NCBI RefSeq assembly: GCF_988242995.1 | Contig: NZ_OZ547043.1 | DNA length: 64,000 bases | Direction: 5' to 3' (one strand) | Part shown: piece by piece, positions 36,911 to 46,700 of the stretch | How the letters are laid out: the number at the start of each line of letters is the position of its first letter | How positions within the stretch are numbered: position 1 is the first letter of the stretch | Notes under the pieces: generated by a model | Told to the model about the DNA's origin: nothing | The model's database searches: none | What the model saw: only the letters and a program-made list of their open reading frames with translations | Made by a program: the position numbers and the translations under genes

Positions 36911-37192
36911 TCACCGTTCCTTAAAGACGCCGTTCAACATGCCGATCGCCAGGCTTAAATGAGTCGGTGTGAATCCCATCAGCGTTACCGTTTCGCGGTG
37001 CTTCTTTAGTACGCTACGGCAAATGTCATCGACGTTTTTATCCGGAAAATGCTGTCTGGCTTTTTTGATTTCAGAATTAGCCAGACGGGCAATGCTGCGA
37101 AGGGCGTTTTCTTGCTGAGGTGTCATTGAACAAGCCCCATGTCGGCAAGCATAAGCACACAGAATATGAAGCCCGCTGCCAGAAAAATGCAT
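36911..37192 (-). CDS. hypothetical phage protein
   Basis: 93-aa ORF in the early-left operon; start uncertain. Confidence 0.4.
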   Translation of the reverse strand: MHFSGSGLHILCAYACRHGACSMTPQQENALRSIARLANSEIKKARQHFPDKNVDDICRSVLKKHRETVTLMGFTPTHLSLAIGMLNGVFKER

Positions 37193-37202
37193 TCAGTGGT
37201 TG

Positions 37203-37394
37203 TCATACCTGGTCTCTCTCATCTGCTTCTGCTTTCGCCACCATCATTTCCAGCTTTTGTGAAAGGGATGTGGCTAACGTATGAAATTCTTCGTCTGTTT
37301 CTACTGGTATTGGCACAAACCTGACTCCAATTTGAGCAAGGCTATGTGCCATCTCAATACTCGTTCTTAACTCAACAGGAGATGCTTTGTGCAT
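37203..37394 (-). CDS. hypothetical small phage protein
   Basis: 63-aa acidic ORF, co-oriented with and just upstream of exo. Confidence 0.35.
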   Translation of the reverse strand: MHKASPVELRTSIEMAHSLAQIGVRFVPIPVETDEEFHTLATSLSQKLEMMVAKAEADERDQV

Positions 37395-37545
37395 ACCGCC
37401 TCCCGTTTATTATTTATCTTCTCAGCCAGCCGCTGTGCTTTCAGTGGATTTCTGATAACAGAAAGGCCGGGAAATACCCAGCCTCGCTTTGTAACGGAGT
37501 AGACGAAAGTGATCGCGCCTACCCGGATATTATCGTGAGGATGCG

Positions 37546-38226
37546 TCATCGCCATTGCTCCCCAAATACAAAACCAATTTCAGCCAGTGCCTCGTCCATT
37601 TTTTCGATGAACTCCGGCACCATCTCGTCAAAACTCGCCATGTACTTTTCATTCCGCTCAATCACGACATAATGCAGGCCTTCACGCTTCATGCGCGGGT
37701 CATAGTTGGCAAAGTACCAGGCATCTTTTCGCGTCACCCACATGCTGTACTGCACCTGGGCCATGTAAGCCGATTTTATTGCCTCGAAACCACCGAGCCG
37801 GAATTTCATGAAATCCCGGGAGGTAAACGGGCATTTCAGTTCAAGGCCGTTGCCGTCACTGCATAAACCATCGGGAGAGCAGGCGGTGCGCATACTTTCG
37901 TCGCGATAGATGATCGGGGATTCAGTAATATTCACGCCGGAAGTGAATTCAAACAGGGTTCTGGCGTCGTTCTCGTACTGTTTTCCCCAGGCCAGCGCCT
38001 TAGCATTAACTTCCGGAGCCACACCGGTGCAAACCTCAGCCAGCAGGGTGTGGAAGTAGGACATTTTCATGTCAGGCCACTTCTTTCCTGAGCGGGGCTT
38101 TGCTATCACGTTGTGAACTTCTGAAGCGGTGATGACGCCGAGCCGTAATTTGTGCCATGCATCATCCCCCTGTTCGACAGCTCTCACGTCGATCCCGGTA
38201 CGCTGCAGGATAATGTCCGGTATCAT
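37546..38226 (-). CDS. exo: lambda exonuclease (Red-alpha)
   Basis: 226-aa ORF near-identical to recalled lambda Exo ([30 protein letters not shown]...). Confidence 0.9.
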   Translation of the reverse strand: MIPDIILQRTGIDVRAVEQGDDAWHKLRLGVITASEVHNVIAKPRSGKKWPDMKMSYFHTLLAEVCTGVAPEVNAKALAWGKQYENDARTLFEFTSGVNITESPIIYRDESMRTACSPDGLCSDGNGLELKCPFTSRDFMKFRLGGFEAIKSAYMAQVQYSMWVTRKDAWYFANYDPRMKREGLHYVVIERNEKYMASFDEMVPEFIEKMDEALAEIGFVFGEQWR

Positions 38227-39008
38227 GCTGCCACCTTCTGCTCAGTGGCTTTCTGTTTCAGGAATCCAAGAGCTTTCACTGCTTCGGCCTGTGTCAGTTC
38301 TGACGATGCGCGAATGTCGCGGCGAAATATCTGGGAACAGAGCGGCAATAAGTCGTCATCCCATGTTTTATCCAGGGCGATCAGCAGAGTGTTAATCTCC
38401 TGCATGGTTTCATCGTTAACCGGAGTGATGTCGCGTTCTGGCTGACGTTCTGCAGTGTATGCAGTATTTTCGACAATGCGCTCGGCTTCATCCTTGTCAT
38501 AGATACCAGCAAATCCGAAGGCCAGACGGGCACACTGAATCATGGCTTTATGCCGTAACATCCGTTTGGGATGCGACTGCCACGGCCCCGTGATTTCTCT
38601 GCCTTCGCGGGTTTTGAATGGTTCGCGGCGGCATTCATCCATCCATTCGGTAACGCAGATCGGATGATTACGGTCCTTGCGGTAAATCCGGCATGTACAG
38701 GATTCATTGTCCTGCTCAAAGTCCATGCCATCAAACTGCTGGTTTTCATTGATGATGCGGGACCAGCCATCAACGCCCACCACCGGAACAATGCCGTTCT
38801 GCTTATCAGGGAAGGCGTAAATTTCTTTCGTCCACGGATTAAGGCCGTACTGGTTGGCGACGATCAGCAATGCGATGAACTGCGCATCGCTGGCATCACC
38901 TTTAAATGCCGTCTGGCGAAGAGTGGTGATCAGTTCCTGTGGGTCGACAGAATCCATGCCGACACGTTCAGCCAGCTTCCCTGCCAGCGTTGCGAGTGCT
39001 GTACTCAT
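38223..39008 (-). CDS. bet: recombination protein Bet (Red-beta)
   Basis: 261-aa ORF near-identical to recalled lambda Bet. Confidence 0.9.
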   Translation of the reverse strand: MSTALATLAGKLAERVGMDSVDPQELITTLRQTAFKGDASDAQFIALLIVANQYGLNPWTKEIYAFPDKQNGIVPVVGVDGWSRIINENQQFDGMDFEQDNESCTCRIYRKDRNHPICVTEWMDECRREPFKTREGREITGPWQSHPKRMLRHKAMIQCARLAFGFAGIYDKDEAERIVENTAYTAERQPERDITPVNDETMQEINTLLIALDKTWDDDLLPLCSQIFRRDIRASSELTQAEAVKALGFLKQKATEQKVAA

Positions 39009-39013
39009 CCGTT

Positions 39014-39310
39014 TTATACCTCTGAATCAATATCAACCTGGTGGTGAGCAATGGTTTCAACCATGTACCGGATGTGTTCTGCCATGCGCTCCTGAAACTC
39101 AACATCGTCATCAAACGCACGGGTAATGGCTTTTTTGCTGGCCCCGTGGCGTTGCAAATGATCGATGCATAGCGATTCAAACAGGTGCTGGGGCAGGCCT
39201 TTTTCCATGTCGTCTGCCAGTTCTGCCTCTTTCTCTTCACGGGCGATCTGCTGGTAGTAACGCGCCCAGCTCTGAGCCTCAAGACGATCCTGAATGTAAT
39301 AAGCGTTCAT
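39014..39310 (-). CDS. gam: host RecBCD inhibitor Gam
   Basis: 98-aa ORF matching recalled lambda Gam short form ([17 protein letters not shown]...). Confidence 0.85.
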   Translation of the reverse strand: MNAYYIQDRLEAQSWARYYQQIAREEKEAELADDMEKGLPQHLFESLCIDHLQRHGASKKAITRAFDDDVEFQERMAEHIRYMVETIAHHQVDIDSEV

Positions 39311-39385
39311 GGCTGAACTCCTGAAAATGGCTGTGAAAATATCGCCCGCGAAATGCCAGGCTGATTAGGAAAACAGGAAAGGGGA

Positions 39386-39796
39386 TTAGCGATTCAGGCC
39401 GTTAGCGCGTCCGTCGAGAAAAACTTCCACGAGCAAATCACGGGTATAAGTGCGCTCGATGCCGCGATGCAGATAAAGCCGTCCGCGTAAATTACCTGAT
39501 GCAGTCCAGGTACCATCTTTGTGTTTGACCAGCATTCCTGGCATGATCGCACCTCGATTAACGGTCTGCGTTCCGTAATGTTGATGAACCATAAAAACTC
39601 CTGCCCGTAAGCTGGGCTGCTGAACATATAGAGACTTCTGCGCGTATTCAGGCGGTGGATGGCCGCCGGTTGTCATAACTAAGTCGCCTCGTTGAAGCGA
39701 CTGAGGTATGAAGTGTTGAGTTGATTTCAGCTGGTCACACCGACGTTCACGCGTCCGTTTCACCCCTCGCACTCCCCGAAGCCTGCTGAAATTCAA
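39386..39796 (-). CDS. hypothetical early-left protein with Arg-rich N-terminus, function unknown
   Basis: 136-aa ORF between gam and the putative pL/oL region, where lambda carries kil-cIII-ral-sieB-N; no match to recalled lambda N, Kil or CIII. Confidence 0.4.
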   Translation of the reverse strand: MNFSRLRGVRGVKRTRERRCDQLKSTQHFIPQSLQRGDLVMTTGGHPPPEYAQKSLYVQQPSLRAGVFMVHQHYGTQTVNRGAIMPGMLVKHKDGTWTASGNLRGRLYLHRGIERTYTRDLLVEVFLDGRANGLNR

Positions 39797-39849
39797 ACTG
39801 CGGATCTAAGCGGTCATCGCAACGGTGAATCAGGTAGTTGCCGTATCGT

Positions 39850-39946
39850 TGTGTTGTTGCGATGAACTTATTTAAAACTATAGTTGTTTTATCGTCAACA
39901 ACAAAAGTTGTTTTATTGGTTGTTTTAGATATAACTGGTTGTATTT
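39850..39946. promoter_or_regulatory. putative left operator/promoter (oL/pL) region
   Basis: several GTTGTT/AACAAC motifs including the palindrome AACAACaaaaGTTGTT (39897-39912), the same half-site seen between cI and cro. Confidence 0.35.
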
Positions 39947-40019
39947 AGGATGGATTTATTTTGTGACTTGAATCGCATAGCGATAACTGAAGCGAGGTTA
40001 TGGTGGTTTTTTTAACGGT

Positions 40020-40048
40020 GTGTGTGATGAGGGGAGGGCAAAAGAAAA
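40020..40048 (-). terminator. rho-independent terminator downstream of cI
   Basis: hairpin cccggcacggtgaccggg; on the minus strand it is followed by TTTTCTTTT. Confidence 0.45.
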
Positions 40049-40187
40049 CCCGGCACGGTGACCGGGATTCTTACGCCGTTAGGTAAAGATATTATTGCGG
40101 TGGCTTAATATTACTACCTAGAGCAAAGATAGGAATTAGTTCTTTACTGAATGAGCACAATGCCCAGTTGATAATTTTTAATTGGTA

Positions 40188-40877
40188 CTACCCATGCTTC
40201 CTATATGTCTGCGGCATGCTCCCAATAACCTTACCGAAGATGAACACCCGGTTCATCTCGTCTTTCTCGATCGGGTCCCACGGTGAGTAGCTTTTGTTAT
40301 CAGAGATGACCAGCAGCTTATCCTTCATCATTTGCAGGCGCTTTACATGGGCTGTGTCGTCGTACAGAAACGCATAGATACCATCACCGTCGAAAGATTT
40401 AACTGTGATATCAACGAACAGCAGATCACCTGGTTCGATCGTTCCTGACATGCTGTCACCACGCACGTTAATGATGCGGATATTTTCCGCCTTCCTACCA
40501 TCGAACATGTGACGAGCATCGTCAAACGAGTACTCAACCGAGCGTAGAACTTCTACAAACTCACGGTTGATGACTCCCGGCCCAGCACTGACTTCTATAT
40601 CAAGAACGTCAATCTTGAAGTATTTGGAATGGCTGACAGTTGATTGTATTGGTTGCACTGTACTGTCTGACATATTTCCAACGCCAGAAGATAACCATTC
40701 TGCGCGCACACCCAAAGCGTTCGCGATCTCCACGATTTTAGTTGTTTGATTAGCTTTCCCTGTTTCGATTTTCTGAATAGCAGCCTGGCTAACCCCGACC
40801 AAATCCCCAAGCGCCTTTTGTGTAAGGCCTCGCGCTAATCTGGCTTCTTTAAGTCTTTCTGAGAGTGTTGTTTTCAT
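40188..40877 (-). CDS. cI: prophage repressor (CI-like): N-terminal HTH, C-terminal LexA-type S24 peptidase domain
   Basis: 229 aa from Met MKTTLSERLKEARLARGLTQKALG...; self-cleavage-type GDSM motif; divergent from cro. Confidence 0.8.
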   Translation of the reverse strand: MKTTLSERLKEARLARGLTQKALGDLVGVSQAAIQKIETGKANQTTKIVEIANALGVRAEWLSSGVGNMSDSTVQPIQSTVSHSKYFKIDVLDIEVSAGPGVINREFVEVLRSVEYSFDDARHMFDGRKAENIRIINVRGDSMSGTIEPGDLLFVDITVKSFDGDGIYAFLYDDTAHVKRLQMMKDKLLVISDNKSYSPWDPIEKDEMNRVFIFGKVIGSMPQTYRKHG

Positions 40878-40885
40878 AGTCCAAA

Positions 40886-40943
40886 TGTACAACCAAGGTT
40901 TTATTCCATCAAACGAAAATGGTTGTTGACTAAAAACAACCAT
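40886..40943. promoter_or_regulatory. putative right operator (oR) / pRM-pR region
   Basis: palindromes AACCAAGGTT (40891-40900) and ATGGTTGTT-N7-AACAACCAT (40919-40943) in the 104-bp cI-cro divergent intergenic. Confidence 0.5.
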
Positions 40944-40981
40944 AGTTTTAATCTTGATTCAAATTAACCACGGAGGTTGTT

Positions 40982-41212
40982 ATGAACCCAGCTATCAAAA
41001 CAGCGATCAATATCGTTGGTTCACAAAAGAAACTGGGCGCTGCTTGCGAAGTTTCACAGCAGGCCGTCTATAAGTGGCTTCACAACAAAGCAAAGGTATC
41101 CCCTGAACATGTCGGCAGCATTGTTACGGCTACTGGTGGAGTAGTGAAGGCATACCAGATTCGCCCGGATCTTCCGAAGTTGTTTCCACACACCGAAAAG
41201 AACGCAGCTTAA
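40982..41212 (+). CDS. cro: Cro-like HTH regulator
   Basis: 76-aa ORF with HTH (KKLGAACEVSQQAVYKWL), divergent from cI. Confidence 0.7.
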   Translation: MNPAIKTAINIVGSQKKLGAACEVSQQAVYKWLHNKAKVSPEHVGSIVTATGGVVKAYQIRPDLPKLFPHTEKNAA

Positions 41213-41281
41213 ATTTCCATTTCACGCTCTTTAACAATAAGCAATCAACTTAACAGTCAATTCAAACTAAAGGAGTCAATT

Positions 41282-41821
41282 ATGCAACCACTTACATACC
41301 AACAGACTAGCGGATTTAGCCCGACTGCGGTGATAAATCGTTCTCAAACAAAACAGGTGCCAGGCCACGAAAAAATCCGTGATGCCGTCCGCGCCTGGTC
41401 GGCTGTAGATAATCAGGATGTCGTTGCCACACTCATTGTGAATGAGTATCGGGAGCAGGGCGGCGGCACCATCGATTTCCCTGATGATGTCAGCCGTGCA
41501 CGCCAGAAGCTGTTCCGCTTCCTCGATAACAAATTCGATTCTGAAAAATACCGAAATAACGTGCGTGAACTGACCCCGGCAATTCTGGCGGTACTACCGC
41601 TGGAATATCGCGGTTACCTGGTTGAGCAGGATAGCTTCATGGCTAGGTTGGCTGAAATGGAAAAGGAACTCAGTGAGGCAAAACAGGCTGTCATTCTCAA
41701 CGCACCACGCCACCAGAAACTGAAGGAAATTAGTGAAGGTATTGTGTCGATGTTTCGTGTGGACCCAGATCTGGCTGGTCCATTGATGGCGATGGTTACT
41801 ACCATGCTGGGGGCGATATGA
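41282..41821 (+). CDS. CII-like regulatory protein (family assignment tentative)
   Basis: 179-aa ORF between cro and O, the position of cII; resembles recalled phage CP76-type proteins. Confidence 0.45.
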   Translation: MQPLTYQQTSGFSPTAVINRSQTKQVPGHEKIRDAVRAWSAVDNQDVVATLIVNEYREQGGGTIDFPDDVSRARQKLFRFLDNKFDSEKYRNNVRELTPAILAVLPLEYRGYLVEQDSFMARLAEMEKELSEAKQAVILNAPRHQKLKEISEGIVSMFRVDPDLAGPLMAMVTTMLGAI

Positions 41822-41907
41822 CAGGTTCAGAAATGGCGAAAGCCGGTCTGCTGGAACAGAACCGACTTTCAGGTGCAAATCGTAACACACTCATTGCGGG
41901 AGGAATT

Positions 41908-42837
41908 ATGGCAAACACTGCTGAGATATTCAATTTTCCAGTGCCGGATGCGGCACAAAAGGAGCCGCGCGTGGCAGATCTCGATGATGGTTATACGCGC
42001 ATTGCAAATGAGTTGCTGGAAGCTGTGATGCTGGCCGGATTAACACAGCACCAGCTTCTGGTCTTTCTGGCTGTCATGCGCAAAACATATGGCTTTAATA
42101 AAAAACTGGATTGGGTTAGCAACGAGCAACTTTCCGAATTAACCGGGATATTGCCGCACAAGTGTTCTGCTGCAAAAAGTGTTCTGGTAAAGCGTGGGAT
42201 TTTTATTCAGAGCGGGCGGAATACCGGCATTAATAATGTGGTCAGTGAATGGTCAACATTACCCGAATCAGGTAAGAGAAATAAAGTTTACCTGAAAGAG
42301 GTAAATTTACCTGAATCAGGTAAAAAAAGTTTACCCAAATCAGGTAAAGGCGTTTACCCGAATCAGGTAAACACAAAAGACAAACTAACAAAAGACAATA
42401 TAAAACCTTTTTCGTCCGAGAATTCTGGCGAATCCTCTGACCAACCAGAAAACGATCTTCCTGTGGTGAAACCGGATGCTGCAATTCAGAGCGGCAGCAA
42501 GTGGGGGACAGCAGAAGACCTGACCGCCGCAGAGTGGATGTTTGACATGGTGAAGACCATCGCGCCATCAGCCAGAAAACCGAATTTTGCAGGGTGGGCT
42601 AACGATATCCGCCTGATGCGTGAACGTGACGGACGTAACCACCGCGACATGTGCGTGCTGTTCCGCTGGGCATGCCAGGACAACTTCTGGTCCGGTAACG
42701 TGCTAAGTCCGGCCAAACTCCGCGACAAGTGGACCCAGCTCGAAATCAACCGAAACAAGCAACAGGCTGGCGTGACAGCCGGCAAACCAAAACTCGACCT
42801 GACGAACACTGACTGGATTTACGGGGTGGAGCTATGA
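41908..42837 (+). CDS. O: replication initiator O
   Basis: lambda O-like N-terminus (..NFPVP..VADLDDGY..) from ATG 41908 with GGGAGG RBS; contains ori iterons; track start 41818 also possible. Confidence 0.8.
   Translation: MANTAEIFNFPVPDAAQKEPRVADLDDGYTRIANELLEAVMLAGLTQHQLLVFLAVMRKTYGFNKKLDWVSNEQLSELTGILPHKCSAAKSVLVKRGIFIQSGRNTGINNVVSEWSTLPESGKRNKVYLKEVNLPESGKKSLPKSGKGVYPNQVNTKDKLTKDNIKPFSSENSGESSDQPENDLPVVKPDAAIQSGSKWGTAEDLTAAEWMFDMVKTIAPSARKPNFAGWANDIRLMRERDGRNHRDMCVLFRWACQDNFWSGNVLSPAKLRDKWTQLEINRNKQQAGVTAGKPKLDLTNTDWIYGVEL
42259..42371. repeat. replication origin iterons inside O
   Basis: five direct repeats of about 19 bp, TTTACC(C/T)GAAtCAGGTAAA, each internally palindromic. Confidence 0.6.
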
Positions 42838-43535
42838 AAAACATCGCCGCACAGATGGTTAACTTTGACTGTGAGCAGATGCGCCGGATCGCCAACAACA
42901 TGCCGGAACAGTACGACGAAAAGCCACAGGTACAGCAGGTAGCGCAGATCATCAACGGTGTGTTCAGCCAGTTACTGGCAACTTTCCCGGCGAGCCTGGC
43001 TAACCGTGACCAGAATGAACTGAACGAAATCCGCCGCCAGTGGGTTCTGGCTTTCCGGGAAAACGGGATCACCACAATGGAACAGGTTAACGCTGGAATG
43101 CGCGTAGCCCGTCGGCAGAATCGACCATTCCTGCCATCACCCGGGCAGTTTGTCGCCTGGTGCCGGGAAGAAGCATCTGTTAACGCCGGGCTGCCAAACG
43201 TCAGCGAGCTGGTTGATATGGTTTACGAGTATTGCCGGAAGCGTGGCCTGTATCCGGATGCAGAGTCTTATCCGTGGAAATCGAACGCGCATTACTGGTT
43301 GGTTACCAACTTGTACCAGAACATGCGGGCCAATGCGCTGACTGACGCGGAATTACGGCGCAAGGCTGCCGATGAACTGACCTGTATGACAGCGCGAATT
43401 AACCGTGGTGAGACGATACCTGAACCAGTAAAACAACTTCCTGTTATGGGCGGTAGACCTCTAAATCGTGCACAGGCTCTGGCGAAGATCGCAGAAATTA
43501 AAGCTAAGTTTGGACTGAAAGGATCGATGAAATAG
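42834..43535 (+). CDS. P: replication protein P (DnaB helicase loader)
   Basis: 233-aa ORF near-identical to recalled lambda P. Confidence 0.9.
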   Translation: MKNIAAQMVNFDCEQMRRIANNMPEQYDEKPQVQQVAQIINGVFSQLLATFPASLANRDQNELNEIRRQWVLAFRENGITTMEQVNAGMRVARRQNRPFLPSPGQFVAWCREEASVNAGLPNVSELVDMVYEYCRKRGLYPDAESYPWKSNAHYWLVTNLYQNMRANALTDAELRRKAADELTCMTARINRGETIPEPVKQLPVMGGRPLNRAQALAKIAEIKAKFGLKGSMK

Positions 43536-43774
43536 AGCTAAAATATTAGCTTTAAAATAAAGTATATCTAGCGAATATAATCCAGGACTGGTTGTAATGC
43601 CCGCAATAATTGATTGCGTGAGTAATAAAATTTTTCTTCCATTGTAATCATTTAACCATAAAGTTTATGAGGATATTTTATTTGTGTGTTGATTTTTTTG
43701 TAACGTTCTGTATATTTCGCACCTCTTGTCATACCAGTTATTTTTTTCATTATATTCATAACGTTGATTGAACT

Positions 43775-46700
43775 ATGACCACTGTGAATAAAAAGTTAAA
43801 AAAAACTGCATCTGGCGCGATTACATGGTCAGTAATTGTTACCCAGATATTATCTCCAGTTTCTCTTTCTTTGATTCCGGCAAACAGTTTTGCATCGTCT
43901 GATAATAAAGATGTTACGCAAATTTATGCTAGCGATGAGCGTGCAAATAAAGTGGCCTCATTTGCAGTAAGTGCAGGTCAGAGTCTGGCGAATAATAATG
44001 CAAGTAGTTTTGCTGTAAATACTTTATCAACTCAGGCGACAAAAGAGGTCGTCGATTGGTTGCAACAATATGGCAATGCGCGCATCAAGCTTAATGTCGA
44101 TGATTCTTTTTCCTTGAAGGATTCATCATTCGACTTTTTATATCCATGGCTGGATACTCAGGATTATGTGCTATTCAGTCAGACATCACTACATCGTACT
44201 GATGACCGTAATCAGACCAATATTGGTTTGGGGATTCGTCATTTCACTCCTGATAATGCAATGTTGGGTGCGAATGTTTTCTACGATTATGATTTAAGTC
44301 GCAGCCACTCTCGCGCAGGTTTTGGGGTTGAGTACTGGAGAGATTATTTCAGGTTTGGTGTAAATACCTATTTTGGTTTATCTGACTGGAAGGACAGTCG
44401 GGATATTGATGATTATCTGGAAAGACCCGCAAATGGCTGGGATTTTTCTGCTGAAGGATGGCTACCTGCTTATCCGCAATTAGGGGCATCTATTCAGTTT
44501 GAAAAATATTATGGTAAAAATGTCGGATTATTTGGAAGCGATAATCTGCAGGAAAACCCTTACGCAGTTACTGGGGGAATTTCTTATACACCAGTTCCTC
44601 TGATTAAGTTTTCTGCACAGCATAAGCAAGGACAGAGCAACGTTCACGATACAACCTTTGGTGTTGAGTTTAATTACCGCCCAGGCGTTTCCCTTGCTGA
44701 ACAGCTTAGCAGTGACAATGTTGCAGTTATGCGAGAAGTCCAGAACCGGCGTTATGATTTTGTTGAACGAAATAACAACATTGTTCTGGAGTACAAGAAG
44801 AAGCATGCACTGAAAATCAGCTTACCAGAGTCTGTTCAGGGGGATGGCGAATCAATCATCCCTGTAACACTGACAATCAACAATGCCAGTGGTGGTATCA
44901 AGTCTGTACAGTGGAATGATAGTGTATTCACTGCGGCTGGCGGTAAGATCAGTGGAAATGGCACATCATGGCAGGTCACTTTACCGGCTTATAAAAGCGA
45001 AGGTGTAAATTCGTGGAATGTTGGAGCCACGGTCCAGGATAATAGAGGCAACGTTTCCAACTATGCGGTGATGAATATTAGCGTTATTAATAGTGGTGTC
45101 TCGACAGCGGATTCTTCTTTTATGTTGGATGGAGATTCATCTCCGACGATCTCTGCTGATGGTCAATCCACTCATCCAATAGTATTAAGCCTGAAAGACA
45201 GTAACGGTAAGGCATTAACCGGACTGGCTGATGACATTGAAATGTCAGTGGAATTTACTGCGGATAGCAATAGTGCTCGACAGCGTGAAACGGTAACTGC
45301 CCCGTCATTAGGCGCGGTAGAGGAAATCTCTGCTGGTGTATATCGCTCTGTTCTGACTGCTGGTTCGCAGGCTGGCACAGTACGTGTAACAGCAAAAGTT
45401 CAGGGAAAAACCTTTACTTTGAATATTAAGCAGGCAGCCGTTATTGATAGTGATGTCTCGACAGCGGATTCTTCTTTTACGTTGGATGGTGATTCGTCTC
45501 CGACGATCTCTGCTGATGGTCAATCCACTCATCCAATAGTATTAAGCCTGAAAGACAGTAACGGTAAGGCATTAACCGGACTGGCTGATGACATTGAAAT
45601 GTCAGTGGAATTTACTGCGGATAGCAATAATGCTCGACAGCGTGAAACGGTAACTGCCCCGTCATTAGGCGCGGTAGAGGAAATCTCTGCTGGTGTATAT
45701 CGCTCTGTTCTGACTGCTGGTTCGCAGGCTGGTACGGTACGTGTAACTGCAAAAGTAATGGATAAAACATTTACTCTCAGTATTAAGCAAACAGCAGCAA
45801 CAGAACCTGATTCTGAGGTCAGTGCTGTTTTAACCGCTGCACCAGCAGAACAGGTAGTTGGTTACAATATCAATCTACAACTGGCAGTGAAGGATTCACA
45901 AGGAAATGCAATCACTGGTGATAACACTCTGAGCTTTTATGCTCTTAACCAGGCAGAAGGAGTCGAGTTTGGGGCAGTAACGGAAAAAGACGGTGTCTAT
46001 AGCGCGACAGTAACTTCAAAACGAGCTGGTAAGATTCGGATCGGTGTTAAATCGGGTAGTCACAATTTCTCAGGTATTGAGAAAGAAATCTCCTTTATTG
46101 AAGATCGAACACAGTTCGCATTCTCTCGTATTGAAGCCAGTAAAAATAATGCATTGGCTGACGGCAAACAAAAGAATACGGTGACTGTAAGCCTTGCAGA
46201 TCGTTTCGGCAATGTTGTGCCCGGTTATGCTGTTACGCTGTCCTTACCTGCGGGGGTAACTCAAGTTGGTGGTGAACATGCTGTGTCAACTGACGAAAAC
46301 GGTAATGCTGTTTTTGCGTTAATAAGCTCCACTCCGGGTTCTTACGTGATTAAAGCTCATGCTGGTTCTCAGATGTCTACTGAGTTAACAGTAACCTTTG
46401 CATCAAATATGATCGGAGCTTCACTGTCACTGACGCCTGGAAACAGTAGCTTAATTTCCAATATTCCTGCTAATGGTAAGGATGCTGCGGTATTGAATGT
46501 GCAACTGACAAATACGAATGCGTCGGTCAATGGACAGAAGATTCAGCTCATCACCTCATCTGAAGGATTGTCTGTACCGACAAATATCGTGACTGATTCA
46601 ACAGGGCATGTTTCCGTACCACTTACAACGGTGAGAGCTGGTGAGTATACGGTGGCTGCACGAGTGACTGACGGTTCCCATAGTGTGGAGTCTGGCAGCG

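Noticed and set aside
39797-40187. Search for a lambda N gene and nutL boxA/boxB between gam and cI
   Set aside because: No ORF resembling N and no recognisable boxB hairpin (GCCCTGAAAAAGGGC-like) were found; the region is instead reported as a putative operator/promoter plus a cI terminator, and the adjacent 136-aa ORF is flagged as unknown.
42259-42371. Regularly spaced short direct repeats that could suggest a CRISPR array
   Set aside because: They lie inside the O reading frame, are only five units with irregular 'spacers' of 4-11 bp, are internally palindromic and are not near any cas gene; this is the classic lambda-type ori iteron arrangement.
45098-45811. Two near-identical 357-bp copies that could suggest a duplicated mobile element or assembly artefact
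   Set aside because: The copies are in frame within one long ORF and each encodes an Ig-like domain of the adhesin; the few mismatches between copies argue for a real tandem duplication rather than a collapsed or duplicated read.
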